From contig JAFXEU010000046.1 of the NCBI GenBank assembly GCA_017520845.1, positions 1,702-65,701 on the forward strand: 64,000 nucleotides of DNA, read 5' to 3'. How positions within the stretch are numbered: position 1 is the stretch's first letter; every line of letters starts with the position of its first letter. The translations under genes and the position numbers were made by a program. The stretch comes from Kiritimatiellia bacterium. Lineage in GTDB: Bacteria > Verrucomicrobiota > Kiritimatiellia > RFP12 > UBA1067. The notes below the pieces were generated by a model. The model was not told the DNA's origin and searched no databases. It saw only the letters and a list, made by a program, of their open reading frames with translations. Below are positions 1-9,841 of the stretch, piece after piece.

Positions 1-1
1 T

Positions 2-391
2 GGAACGAGTCAATACAGTAGTGGCGGTGGCGGCGGAGCTATGGGTGTTGGTGGCGATGCTGTTTATAAAACGGCCGGAAATGGAGGAGAGGGTCTTAAA
101 ATGGATATCACAGGCTCTCTTATTACGTATGGTTCTGGTGGTGGCGGTGGTTCATCTGGCACTAACGGCATAGGTGGTACAAATGCGGGAAACGGTGGAA
201 AGAATAGCGGCACAACAAATAAAAAAGCAGGATCAGCGACGGCAAACTGCGGTGGCGGTGGTGGTGGCGGCGGTCCCAGTAATTTTAATGCCCCTAATTA
301 TATTGGTTACGGCGGCAATGGCGGCTCTGGCATCGTAGTTTTGCGCTATAAGGAGCCGAACACCTCAGGCTTTAAGGTTATTGTTCGCTAA
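2..391 (+). CDS. Glycine-rich repeat protein, C-terminal fragment (5' end lies outside the window)
   Basis: The reading frame is open from the window edge. Gly/Asn-rich repeats (GGGGSSGTNGIGG, GGNGGSG) end in GIVVLRYKEP, and the stop codon is at 389-391. Confidence 0.5.
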   Translation, partial: GTSQYSSGGGGGAMGVGGDAVYKTAGNGGEGLKMDITGSLITYGSGGGGGSSGTNGIGGTNAGNGGKNSGTTNKKAGSATANCGGGGGGGGPSNFNAPNYIGYGGNGGSGIVVLRYKEPNTSGFKVIVR

Positions 392-535
392 GACATTAAG
401 AAAATATAACATTATGAGGGCGAGGAGAATCGCTCTCATAATAGCTTGGGGGCCTCCCCCATTGACGATAATTTGTGGGATATGTTAAAATGCTGTAAAG
501 GCGTTTAATTATATTCCGAAAAGGTATTTTACTGT

Positions 536-2506
536 ATGAAAAAGAAAATATTATCAGTGTTCGCTATTTCTAGTATTCTAGCGTCTTTATTTGCAGCGCC
601 TATCTCGTGTGGACCGTTGGAACTTTCGTGGGATTATCCGGGCGGCAATCTTAAGTTTCGCGGTTTTAAGGATGGTGTCGCTGAGATAGCGCCTGATTTG
701 CGTGATACTAACTTTCCGTGGTTTTATTGGAATTTCGAGGCTGTCGCTACTAAGGCGGGTAAGGTTAAGTTTGCTTTTCCGGTGGGCGCTTCGCGTCTCT
801 CAGCTCAGGGGCCCGCCGTAAGTACGGACGGCGGTAAGTCGTGGAAGTGGCTCGGTAAGTCTAAGACTCATTTTAAAAAGGGCGCGAAGGATAGCGATTC
901 GTTCGAGTGGGAGTTTAAGAAGGCGGGCGAGAAGGTTCGCTTTGCTCAGGGTATTCCGTATCAGCGCTCTGACTTCGAGGCGTTTTATTCTGAGTACGCG
1001 GCATCCTCTTATATGAAGCGCGGCGTTTTAACGAAGACGCGCAAGGGCGTTGACGTTCCGATGGTTGTTATCGGCAATGGCCCCAAGAATGTTCTTATTA
1101 CGGCGCGTCATCATAGCTGCGAGGCGAGCGCGAGTTTTGTGGTTGAGGGCTTTATGCGTGAGGCGTTAAGCGAGTCTCCCGCAGGCAAGGAGTTTCGTGA
1201 TAAATATACTCTTTACGTGATCCCGTTCGTTGATTTAGATGGTGTTGAAGCGGGTGATCAAGGTAAGAACCGCGCTCCTCACGATCATAACCGCGATTAC
1301 GGGCTCGGCGAAAAGGCGCTTTATCCCGAGGTGAAAGCGATAATCAATCTCGATAAGGAGAAAAAGTTCTTTGTCGTTATGGATATGCATGCGCCGGCGG
1401 TCCGCGGCGATATTCATGAGGCGATTTATTTCGCAGGCCATAAGAGCCCGAGTAATGCCGCCAATTCCCATGAGTTTAAGGCGTGGCTGGATGAAGAGCG
1501 GCCCAATGCCACTGGGCGTATCAAGGTGCTCGGTAAGCCTAAGGCCGCAAAAGTTTCGGGCGATACCGGTATTCCCTGCGGTCATTATTTCTCAGTTCAC
1601 GGCACTCAAGTCGCATACAGCGCGACATTTGAATTCGCGTATGCGAACAGCAACTGCAATTATAACGATAAGGCGCTTTTGAAATACGGCGAGGGGATGT
1701 GCCGCGCATTCGTAAGGCTCGATATCTCCAAGAGCGCCGAGCCGCGCAAGGGATATGCGGAATTTGCGGCGTTTACGAAGAAGCTTTCTGCGGGTTTGTC
1801 TAAAGATGTTGTTAAAAAGGCTACAGACGCTATTGATAAAGGTGGTCTCGCCGGGCATTATCTTATGGCGGCGCATTTGGCGCGAGCAGGCGCATATTAT
1901 AAGATGAAGAACTTTAATGAGGCGCTAGCCGACAATGAGGTTGTGCTTAATTCGCCTTATGCAACACAGGCGCAACGCAACAAGGCGGCGTTTGGAGCTT
2001 TGCAATCGCTTATTAACAACCCTAAAACAAAAGGTGAGACGGTCGATAAATGGCGCGAAAAGCTTTTAGCCGAGGGATATCATCTTTATGAGGTCTATGA
2101 GTGTTTGTATGCGTATTATTCTTCCGCCAAGCGTGATGACGATGCTGTCGCTATGGCTAAGATGCAGTTGCCGCTCGCTACGCAATTTAATACAGGTAGG
2201 GTAAGAAACCGCATAATGCGCTATGAGCTTAAATATGGCGATAAGGCCAAGGCGATAGAATTCGCGAGAGCGACGGTAGCGTATTTGAAGCCTAAAATTT
2301 ATCCTGTTGTTCCGCGCGGCGTTTTTGGGCCTGACATGGTGATTGACTGTGTTACCGCGATGGTGGTTCTTCCCGAGACGACGATAGAAGAGGTTGAGAA
2401 AATTGCCGAGCTTGGCCTTAATCATAAAATCTGTTATGATTATAAGCGTAAGAACCTTAAAAAGCTCGTCGATGACTTTAAGGCCGATCGGGCGCTAAAG
2501 AAATAA
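536..2506 (+). CDS. Secreted M14-like zinc carboxypeptidase-family protein with a C-terminal helical-repeat region
   Basis: N-terminal signal peptide. An HxxE motif (RHHSCE), an NRD motif (HDHNRDY) and a later His (MDMHAP) are arranged as in M14 zinc ligands. Confidence 0.45.
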   Translation: MKKKILSVFAISSILASLFAAPISCGPLELSWDYPGGNLKFRGFKDGVAEIAPDLRDTNFPWFYWNFEAVATKAGKVKFAFPVGASRLSAQGPAVSTDGGKSWKWLGKSKTHFKKGAKDSDSFEWEFKKAGEKVRFAQGIPYQRSDFEAFYSEYAASSYMKRGVLTKTRKGVDVPMVVIGNGPKNVLITARHHSCEASASFVVEGFMREALSESPAGKEFRDKYTLYVIPFVDLDGVEAGDQGKNRAPHDHNRDYGLGEKALYPEVKAIINLDKEKKFFVVMDMHAPAVRGDIHEAIYFAGHKSPSNAANSHEFKAWLDEERPNATGRIKVLGKPKAAKVSGDTGIPCGHYFSVHGTQVAYSATFEFAYANSNCNYNDKALLKYGEGMCRAFVRLDISKSAEPRKGYAEFAAFTKKLSAGLSKDVVKKATDAIDKGGLAGHYLMAAHLARAGAYYKMKNFNEALADNEVVLNSPYATQAQRNKAAFGALQSLINNPKTKGETVDKWREKLLAEGYHLYEVYECLYAYYSSAKRDDDAVAMAKMQLPLATQFNTGRVRNRIMRYELKYGDKAKAIEFARATVAYLKPKIYPVVPRGVFGPDMVIDCVTAMVVLPETTIEEVEKIAELGLNHKICYDYKRKNLKKLVDDFKADRALKK

Positions 2507-2566
2507 AGGCGGATCAATGAGATCGGTAAAAACAATTTCCGCCGCCGAAGCCGAGTAGCGCCCGGA

Positions 2567-3871
2567 TCAGTTGAAGCCGAGCGCCTTGAATCCCTCGATG
2601 TCGAAAAAGGCCTCGTGCATGCCTGTAAGCCAGCGGATTACGGGGACGTTGGGCAGTGATCGGATCTGATTATCTTTAATCTGCAACGATCCGCGCCAGT
2701 CGTTTAACATCCTGACGGTCCAATTCCTTGCATCAATGAAGGTATTGCCTCGAATGACAAAATTTTCTGTAACAGCATCGTTTTCATAAAAGAGGATGTG
2801 GGTGCCGTTTGGGTCAGGGCGTTGATCGTGGCCCCAGCCAAAACCGGCATCACGACATACATTGCCTTCAAAAAGTACGTTTCGTGTTGTCCCGGCATGC
2901 CAGTATTCAAAAGAGAATTCCGCCTTTTCGACTGTGTTGCTGCGCCAGATGATATTTTCCTGGACTCCTTCGCGTCCTTGATTGGTGAGAGCCGCATCGT
3001 ATATCTGATTTAGGCGGTTCGATTCAATGAGAGCGTTTTTCGTCGCGCCCCAAAGTTCAATACCGTTGCCGTATCTTACAGGGTAAAGAGTCTCTCCCGT
3101 GATTTTGTCTTTGCGCCAGTACTGGAGCGCGCCTCCAATCCAGCTGATATGGCAGTTCCTGATGACGATATTTCGGGTAAGTCCTGCCGCGATTCCGTGG
3201 GCTGAGCCATAACGCACTGAAAGACCGTCGTAAACGACATCGTGTGCCCAATGCGACGATATAACGTCTTTTCGAAGACATAGCTCGATCGAGCGGAAAA
3301 CTTCAGCCGGATTTTTAGCGCATTTGAGAACAAGACGTTTCGATTTTTCATCATACCAAAAATCTAACTCTTGGCGGATGCCGATTGATTTGGCGTAACG
3401 CCTGTCAGAAGCATTAGTCCATTTGTCGTCGTTCCATTTTTTAACGCCCCATTTTTCGCCGTGGTTGAAAAGTAGAAGTCCGACATCAAGTTCGACATTT
3501 TCGCTCGCCCATAATCCTTCGCCGATACTTTTCCAATCTGACGGCTTTGATCTGTCAAGAGACGATTGTATTGCGGGAGGCGGCAGGCTTTGGGTGTTGG
3601 GTGGATTATATGATGTATACGTAACGGGTTTTCCTTTTTCGCCTGAAACGGGTATGAGCTGCTCGCGCCAAATGCCGCCGCAGGCGAGGCGGACGGTGTC
3701 GCCGGGTTTTATTTCGCCCTTGCGTGTTCTTGCGAGAGTTTTCCATGCTTCTGCGGGAGAAGTGCCTGACGCAGAGTCGCTTCCACTGGATGAATCAACG
3801 TAATAGTCCGCCGCGAAGGCGTTTAGAGTAGCCAGAGAAAGAGTGATAGAGAGAATGATGTTGGAGCGCAT
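2567..3871 (-). CDS. Secreted right-handed beta-helix (pectate-lyase fold) protein
   Basis: Signal peptide followed by the YYVDSSSGSDSASGTSPAEAWKTL opening typical of parallel beta-helix proteins. Repeated N/G-rich turns run through the rest of the protein. Confidence 0.55.
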   Translation of the reverse strand: MRSNIILSITLSLATLNAFAADYYVDSSSGSDSASGTSPAEAWKTLARTRKGEIKPGDTVRLACGGIWREQLIPVSGEKGKPVTYTSYNPPNTQSLPPPAIQSSLDRSKPSDWKSIGEGLWASENVELDVGLLLFNHGEKWGVKKWNDDKWTNASDRRYAKSIGIRQELDFWYDEKSKRLVLKCAKNPAEVFRSIELCLRKDVISSHWAHDVVYDGLSVRYGSAHGIAAGLTRNIVIRNCHISWIGGALQYWRKDKITGETLYPVRYGNGIELWGATKNALIESNRLNQIYDAALTNQGREGVQENIIWRSNTVEKAEFSFEYWHAGTTRNVLFEGNVCRDAGFGWGHDQRPDPNGTHILFYENDAVTENFVIRGNTFIDARNWTVRMLNDWRGSLQIKDNQIRSLPNVPVIRWLTGMHEAFFDIEGFKALGFN

Positions 3872-3928
3872 TGTTAATAAGTTGTGGATTTTTTGTTTTA
3901 GCGAATTATAGCATTTTTGATTTCAAAG

Positions 3929-3937
3929 TGATATAAT
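3929..3937 (+). promoter_or_regulatory. Extended -10 box TGATATAAT
   Basis: Exact TGATATAAT lies about 50 nt upstream of the ATG at 3989, in a divergent intergenic region. Confidence 0.45.
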
Positions 3938-3988
3938 TGAGTTTGATGAATTATATTCATATTTAGTTAAAATTCAACCTAAGAGAAA

Positions 3989-4795
3989 ATGAAAAAATTA
4001 TTGATAATTGCCGCCGCTGCTGTTGCGTGTGCGTTTGTTTCAAATGGAGCGGAGGCTAAGGCTGCGGCGAAAGCCAAAGTTGCTAAATTCAACATTGTCG
4101 AGCGCACTGAGGCTAAAGAGTTTACGGGTAAGGACGGAAAAGTTTTCCGTTATCGTATCGCCGAGAAAGCATCGCCTGACGGCTCTAAAATTCCGCTTGT
4201 CATATTCCTTCACGGAGCGGGAGAGCGCGGCACAAACAATCAGGCTCAACTCGTTCACGGCGTCGGCGATCTTGTGCGCTGGATGGATCAGCACGAGAAG
4301 GGCTATAGGCTGATCGCAGGCCAGGTTCCCTTCGGCAAGCGGTGGGTTGAAGTCAACTGGGGGGCTAAGTCTCACACGATGCCCGAAAATCCTTCCGAGA
4401 CGATGGCGCTTCTTTTGGAGATGCTTGATGCGCAGCTTTCAGACCCCGCGGTCGATCTGAAGCGCATTTATGTTACCGGAATTTCAATGGGCGGCTACGG
4501 AACGTGGGACTTGATTTCCCGCAGACCCGACGTGTTCGCCGCGGCTCTCCCGATTTGCGGCGGCGGTGATGTCGCTCAGGCCGCGAAGATTGCGAAAATT
4601 CCCCTCTGGACGTTCCACGGCAGCGCCGACGGCGCGGTTCCCGTGTGTCGCTCCCGCAATATGGTTTCCGCTCTTTGGGCTAACGGGTCCAATGCGCATT
4701 ACCGCGAATATCCCGACGCCGGGCACGCGGTTTGGGTTGAGACTTATAAGGACAAAAGAGTTCTCTCCTGGTTCTTCAAACAGAAGAAAAAGTGA
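3989..4795 (+). CDS. Secreted alpha/beta-hydrolase esterase (phospholipase/carboxylesterase-like)
   Basis: Signal peptide. HGAGERG oxyanion region, GISMGGYG nucleophile elbow, and later FHGSADG and GH motifs. Confidence 0.7.
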   Translation: MKKLLIIAAAAVACAFVSNGAEAKAAAKAKVAKFNIVERTEAKEFTGKDGKVFRYRIAEKASPDGSKIPLVIFLHGAGERGTNNQAQLVHGVGDLVRWMDQHEKGYRLIAGQVPFGKRWVEVNWGAKSHTMPENPSETMALLLEMLDAQLSDPAVDLKRIYVTGISMGGYGTWDLISRRPDVFAAALPICGGGDVAQAAKIAKIPLWTFHGSADGAVPVCRSRNMVSALWANGSNAHYREYPDAGHAVWVETYKDKRVLSWFFKQKKK

Positions 4796-4827
4796 TGTTG
4801 AACCGGCGGCTGCATCGCCAACGTCAG

Positions 4828-4861
4828 AGTGGCACAAAATGGTCTGACCTTGTTGTGCCAC
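4828..4861 (+). repeat. Recurrent intergenic element, copy 1 (AGTGGCAC-N5-GGTCTGACC-N-TTGTGCCA)
   Basis: Same motif and spacing as copies at 29995-30028, 47816-47855 and 49123-49162. This copy can form a 9-bp hairpin (GTGGCACAA/TTGTGCCAC). Confidence 0.5.
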
Positions 4862-4900
4862 TTTCAGCGTTAAGATAGTCTTTTGCGAGGAGGTAAAGAA

Positions 4901-6076
4901 ATGAAAATCGGAATAATCGGCAAGCTTCTTGTTGCGATGGCTATTGGTGTTGCACTCGGCTTCTTCGCTCCAAGCTGGTGTATGCGCTTACTTAATTCTT
5001 TTGGCGGGACGTTCGGCCAGTTTATCAAGTTCTTTGTGCCTTTGATCATCATCGGCCTGGTGACGCCGGCTATCGCGGAATCAGGAAAAGGCGCGGGGAA
5101 AATTTTACTGGCGACCATGACCGTCGCGTATATATCCACTCTTCTGTCCGGCGCTTACGCGTTCTGCGTTTCGGATTTCGTCTTTCCGCGGATATTGGAA
5201 AACACCTTGGGTCCGTTGTGCGAGACTAAAGAATTTCCCGCATATTTCATTTTTAAGATCCCGCCGCTTATGGGGGTGACCACGGCCTTGGCTGTAGCCT
5301 TTATTTTCGGTCTTTCGATGGTGGCGCTCGATTTGCCGAATCTGAAAAACGTTTTCAATGAGATCCGCAGCGCCGTCGTTTTGACGCTCGCTAAGGTTTT
5401 GATGCCGTTGCTGCCGCTTTATATTCTTACCATTATCGCCGAGCTGACCGCGAGCGGCAAGCTTGTCGTTGTCGGCGGAGAGTCCATCAAAATCATGGCG
5501 CTGGCGATGGCGGTCACCACGACGCTTTTGATAATTCAGTATGTCATTGCGGGTGTCATCACGAGGCGCAATCCGTTTAAAATGCTTTGGTGCATGCTGC
5601 CCGCGTATCTCACCGGCTGGGGGTGCTGCTCTTCCGCGGCGACGCTGCCTGTAACTTTGCGCCAAACGCGTAAAATAGGCGTTTCAGATAAGGTTACGGA
5701 TATGGTGATCCCTCTTTGCTCCAATGTTCATCTCTCCGGCAGTATGGCCAATATGGTCGTATATACGGCCGGCTTCATAGTGCTTGGGGGAGGCGCGATT
5801 TCATTGCCGAATTATATAGAGTTTATGCTGATGCTGAGTATTATCGCCGTCGCGTCTCCCGGCGTTCCCGGCGGTGTCGTGCTTTCGTCGGCCGCGATCG
5901 CCGAAAGCGCGCTTGGATTTTCGCCGGAGCGATATGCGCTTGTGGTCGCCACCTATATGGCGCTCGACGGCATGGGTACGGCCTGTAATCTCACGGGAGA
6001 CGCCGCCATCGCTTCGATCGTGGATAAGTATTTCCGCAAGGATCCCAGCGGTAACAATCATGCCGAGGGGACTTAA
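4901..6076 (+). CDS. Dicarboxylate/amino acid:cation symporter family transporter (SstT-like)
   Basis: Polytopic membrane protein with a DAACS-type SSAATLPV motif. GAGGAGG RBS lies before the ATG at 4901; the track start at 4883 is a TTG. Confidence 0.7.
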   Translation: MKIGIIGKLLVAMAIGVALGFFAPSWCMRLLNSFGGTFGQFIKFFVPLIIIGLVTPAIAESGKGAGKILLATMTVAYISTLLSGAYAFCVSDFVFPRILENTLGPLCETKEFPAYFIFKIPPLMGVTTALAVAFIFGLSMVALDLPNLKNVFNEIRSAVVLTLAKVLMPLLPLYILTIIAELTASGKLVVVGGESIKIMALAMAVTTTLLIIQYVIAGVITRRNPFKMLWCMLPAYLTGWGCCSSAATLPVTLRQTRKIGVSDKVTDMVIPLCSNVHLSGSMANMVVYTAGFIVLGGGAISLPNYIEFMLMLSIIAVASPGVPGGVVLSSAAIAESALGFSPERYALVVATYMALDGMGTACNLTGDAAIASIVDKYFRKDPSGNNHAEGT

Positions 6077-6102
6077 CCTCGAGGCTGTCGGAATCAAACG
6101 GA

Positions 6103-8622
6103 ATGAGGAAAATGAATTTAAAGAAAATCGCTTTTTCGGCCGTTGCGCTGTGCGCGGCGACTTTTTACGGGGCTGAAGTGACGCGGATATTCCGTCCGGC
6201 GCGTAATTCGCGCGGAAACACTAATCTTATTCCAGTTCAGCATGTTGATGACGCTTCCTGGATATGGTCGACGACGAACAGACCCGTTATGCATCAGTTT
6301 GACGATTGGAGCACTTATATATTGACTGAAGGCTCCGGCGAAGTCGAGTTCGTGAAATTCCGCAAAGAGTTCGAGGTGGAAGAAGGCGAGGGCGAGCTTG
6401 TTTTCGACGTGTCGGGAGACGAGAGGTTTTATCTTGTTCTGGACGGAGAGTTTGTCGCCCGAGGGCCTAACCGGAGCAGTGTCGAGAACTGGCAGTATCA
6501 GACGTATTCGGTTAAAAATCTCAAACCAGGCCGACATGTGTTCGAGGCGGTAGTCTGGAAAACGGGAGTCCATTCGCCTATGGCTCAGATTTCCCACCGC
6601 GGCGGTTTCGTTTTCAGCGCCGAGGGAGCGTACGACGCGAAACTCACCACCGGCAAGACCGTATGGCAGGTTGCCGAGATCGATAACATAAAGGCGATGA
6701 AAATTCCGAACGAGGCATGGACCGTCGGGGGACAGTTCGAGATAAAAGGGCGAGGGCCTTATGCCGTCGAGCCTACGGCGTGGCGCGATGCGGTCGTCGT
6801 GCGCAATCACGCGGGAATGAAGGGTCGCGGCATTTGCGGAGTAAGAACGGTAGGGTGGATGCTCTTTCCGACGCAGCTCCCCGATCAGACCGAAGAGCGT
6901 CTTTCGGTCGGCACCGTCAGAGCCGTGGCGCGTAATGTGGAATGGAGATCGCGCCATACGTACAGTGAAGAGGATTGCCGCGATCCGCTTGTCGGTAAAA
7001 TAAATGACTTTCTTAAAAATGGCGGTAAGCTCGTAATCCCGGCGAATATGCGGTTTCAGGCAGCCGTTGATTTAGGCGTTTATAAGTGCGCATATCCGAT
7101 TTTGAAGATGAAGGGCGCTAAAGGCGCGCGCGTTTCGTGGACTTGGGTAGAGTCGGCGATCGACGCCAAGACGAAACGAAAAGCCAACCGTAATGAGATA
7201 GTCGGCAAATATCTGCGCGGATATGGAGACGATTTTATTTCGGATGGAGCTGAAGGAGAGTTTTCAACGCCCTGGTTCAGATGCGGCAGATGGTGCAGGA
7301 TCGATGTCGAAACTCTCGATGAGCCGTTGGAAATTTCGGAGATGTATCTTATTTCGAGCCGTTATCCTCTTGAGACGGAATCCTCCTTTTCGGCGTCTCC
7401 CGACGCGTCGTTCGGCGAAATACGCGACATTTGCGCGCGCGCCATGCAGATGTGCGCGCACGAGACGCTTTTCGACTGTCCCTATTACGAGCAGCTGATG
7501 TATGCCGGCGACACTCGCGTTCAGCTCCTTGTATTGGCGGCCATGTCCAATGACGAGAGGATGATCAAACGCGCGATAGAGTGTTATGACTTAGCTTCGC
7601 GTGATGACGGTTCTGTGCCGATGAGCTGGCCTCAGCGCGGAATTCAGGAGTCGTTTACATATACGCTCGCATATCTTCTCATGTACGGCGATTATGTGAT
7701 GAACGGCAGCGATCGCCAATGGCTTAAGGCGAGGCTCCCCGGATTCAGAAAAACGATGTCAGCAGTCGAATATTACGAGAATGAAGAAGGGCTTTTGGAG
7801 GATGTTCCGGGTTGGCCGTTCATGGATTGGCCGATCGGGTGGTACGCCGGCATGGCGCCGGGCAGCTTCGTGGGAGACGGAGTGAACGCCGAAATAAATC
7901 TATTCTGGCTTCTTGCGCTTGATGCGGCTGTAAAAGTCGAGAAGGCGATGGGTAATGATGATATCGCGGCGCACTGGGCTAAAAAGGCTAAAAAACTCAG
8001 GTGTAAAATTTTCGAAAAGTTCTGGTGCACGAAGAGGGGTCTCCTTTCAGATACTCCTGAGATGAAGCATTTTTCGGAGCATGCCCAGGCGCTTGGAATT
8101 ATCTCGGGCGTGATAGAGGGTAAAAATGCTGAGATAGCGTTAAACCATCTTTTGGAAGATAAGGATTTGGCGCGGTGTACGGTTTACTTTTCGTACTATC
8201 TTTTCGAGGCGTTTTTCAAAATGGACAGGGGGGATCTGTTCCTGAAGCGTCTTGATCTGTGGCGCGAGTATCTGAAGCTGGGCGTAACCACGCTTTTGGA
8301 GCGCCCCGAGAATGAAAAGATCGAGGCGCGCAGCGATTGTCACGCCTGGGGCGCTCATCCGATTTGGTTTATGCAGACGGGACTTGCGGGGATCAAGAGC
8401 GCGGGCGCCTTTTTCTCGCGCGTTCATATAAAGCCGAGCCCCGGGCCTTTAAAGGAGATCAAGGCGTCACACCCGCATCCGAAGGGTATGATAACGGTTG
8501 ATTTGAAATTCGACGGCGCGAAAGCGTCGGGCTATGTCGATACTCCCGTCGATGGAGTTTTCGAATACGGTGATTTTAGCGTGCCGCTTAAAAAGGGTCG
8601 CAACACCATTCGCGGCAATTAA
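6103..8622 (+). CDS. (alpha/alpha)6-barrel glycoside hydrolase, GH78 alpha-L-rhamnosidase-like
   Basis: Signal peptide and 839 aa. FDCPYYEQLMYAGDTR resembles the DCPxRE..GWxGD catalytic-domain motif of GH78-like enzymes. Confidence 0.45.
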   Translation: MRKMNLKKIAFSAVALCAATFYGAEVTRIFRPARNSRGNTNLIPVQHVDDASWIWSTTNRPVMHQFDDWSTYILTEGSGEVEFVKFRKEFEVEEGEGELVFDVSGDERFYLVLDGEFVARGPNRSSVENWQYQTYSVKNLKPGRHVFEAVVWKTGVHSPMAQISHRGGFVFSAEGAYDAKLTTGKTVWQVAEIDNIKAMKIPNEAWTVGGQFEIKGRGPYAVEPTAWRDAVVVRNHAGMKGRGICGVRTVGWMLFPTQLPDQTEERLSVGTVRAVARNVEWRSRHTYSEEDCRDPLVGKINDFLKNGGKLVIPANMRFQAAVDLGVYKCAYPILKMKGAKGARVSWTWVESAIDAKTKRKANRNEIVGKYLRGYGDDFISDGAEGEFSTPWFRCGRWCRIDVETLDEPLEISEMYLISSRYPLETESSFSASPDASFGEIRDICARAMQMCAHETLFDCPYYEQLMYAGDTRVQLLVLAAMSNDERMIKRAIECYDLASRDDGSVPMSWPQRGIQESFTYTLAYLLMYGDYVMNGSDRQWLKARLPGFRKTMSAVEYYENEEGLLEDVPGWPFMDWPIGWYAGMAPGSFVGDGVNAEINLFWLLALDAAVKVEKAMGNDDIAAHWAKKAKKLRCKIFEKFWCTKRGLLSDTPEMKHFSEHAQALGIISGVIEGKNAEIALNHLLEDKDLARCTVYFSYYLFEAFFKMDRGDLFLKRLDLWREYLKLGVTTLLERPENEKIEARSDCHAWGAHPIWFMQTGLAGIKSAGAFFSRVHIKPSPGPLKEIKASHPHPKGMITVDLKFDGAKASGYVDTPVDGVFEYGDFSVPLKKGRNTIRGN

Positions 8623-9752
8623 GAAATCTCTTTGTCGGCAGACGGTTTTGAGAGTGTGCGGCGGATTGCGAGAACATAGGTCAGAAGACCTATCATGATA
8701 ACTCGCATTACGACATACACCCATTCTTTTGTCATATACTGCTCTAAGCCGAAAGTGAAAATCCAGGCGATCGACCGGTATGCACCGTCGAAGAGGTGGG
8801 CCGACATGTAGGCCAAGAGAGCGAACTGCCCAAAGAGAATCGGGATAGATAGTCCAAAGCGGAATTTAAAAATATCAGTTATGATGTAAAGGATCGTGAG
8901 TGCGAGCATGCTCCAGCCGATCGCGAGGAGAGTGAAGCTCACCGTGAATATGGGCTTTATCACGGGGATTTCAAGGCTTAAGAGAAAACCGGCACCGAGA
9001 ATCGCGAGCGATGCGGCGGCGAGGATTTCGGCGCGCAGCCACTGCGTCAGTTTTTTATCGGTCAGGAGTTTAGCGCTTTCCATGCCGAGAATAGTCATCG
9101 CGGCGTACATGAAACTCGGCAGGACCCAGGCGTACTTCGCTTCTTTCATCATGGGATTCGTGTCGGGCAGGAAAAGTCCGAAAATCGCTTTGTCGACTTT
9201 CATCGCGAGGTTGCCGCTTTGCGAGTAGTCGCCGCCGAAGTGGATGAGCGCGCCGTAGATTATAAACATTGAGAGCGCTATGGAGAGCCGCGTATAGCGG
9301 GATTTCAGGAGAAAAACGCCTGCCGCCGCGACATATCCGATGGCGATGGTCTGGAGCGTATTGCTGAAATACATGAATTGATCGGGATCGTAAGTGAAAA
9401 AGCGCCCCTGGACGAGCATCCCGAAAAACCACAGTATGGCGAATCTTGCTCCGACGTGCTTCCAGTAGGCGGCGGTGGATTTTCCGTTTTCAAGCCTCTT
9501 GCCGAGCGCGAAGGGTACAGCCGCTCCGCACATGAATATGAAAAGCGGCATGATAAGGTCCCATAACTGAAAACCGGTCCAGTCTACATGATCGAGCTGA
9601 TCTATAACGCATTGGGGTAGGCCGCCCATTGCCCGTGAAACGGCTTTTATCAGCGGTCCGAAGCATAAAAGAAGCATCATATCGAGCCCGCGCAGCAGGT
9701 CTAATGAGAAAAGGCGATTCTGAGGATATTTTTCGCAGATTGAAATTTTCAT
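8619..9752 (-). CDS. Acyltransferase-3/DUF5009-like membrane protein (heparan-alpha-glucosaminide N-acetyltransferase-like)
   Basis: Opens with RLFSLDLLRGLDMMLL and has about 10 predicted TM segments. Confidence 0.5.
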   Translation of the reverse strand: MKISICEKYPQNRLFSLDLLRGLDMMLLLCFGPLIKAVSRAMGGLPQCVIDQLDHVDWTGFQLWDLIMPLFIFMCGAAVPFALGKRLENGKSTAAYWKHVGARFAILWFFGMLVQGRFFTYDPDQFMYFSNTLQTIAIGYVAAAGVFLLKSRYTRLSIALSMFIIYGALIHFGGDYSQSGNLAMKVDKAIFGLFLPDTNPMMKEAKYAWVLPSFMYAAMTILGMESAKLLTDKKLTQWLRAEILAAASLAILGAGFLLSLEIPVIKPIFTVSFTLLAIGWSMLALTILYIITDIFKFRFGLSIPILFGQFALLAYMSAHLFDGAYRSIAWIFTFGLEQYMTKEWVYVVMRVIMIGLLTYVLAIRRTLSKPSADKEIS

Positions 9753-9825
9753 GTCGGGATTATATCACATTATCAGGCTCTCTTAAACTAAAAATGTCGC
9801 TGTATTGCTGTAATGAGGGAATTTT

Positions 9826-9834
9826 TGATATAAT
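9826..9834 (+). promoter_or_regulatory. Extended -10 box TGATATAAT, 7 nt before the yceD ATG
   Basis: Exact TGATATAAT. The ATG at 9842 falls at the expected transcription start. Confidence 0.5.
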
Positions 9835-9841
9835 ATGCCGT

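Noticed and set aside
4829-4845. TGGCAC-N5-GGTCT as a sigma-54 (-24/-12) promoter
   Set aside because: The spacing matches, but the -12 element lacks the conserved GC (TTGCW). One copy precedes lysS, an unlikely sigma-54 target. It is retained only as an unexplained recurrent motif.
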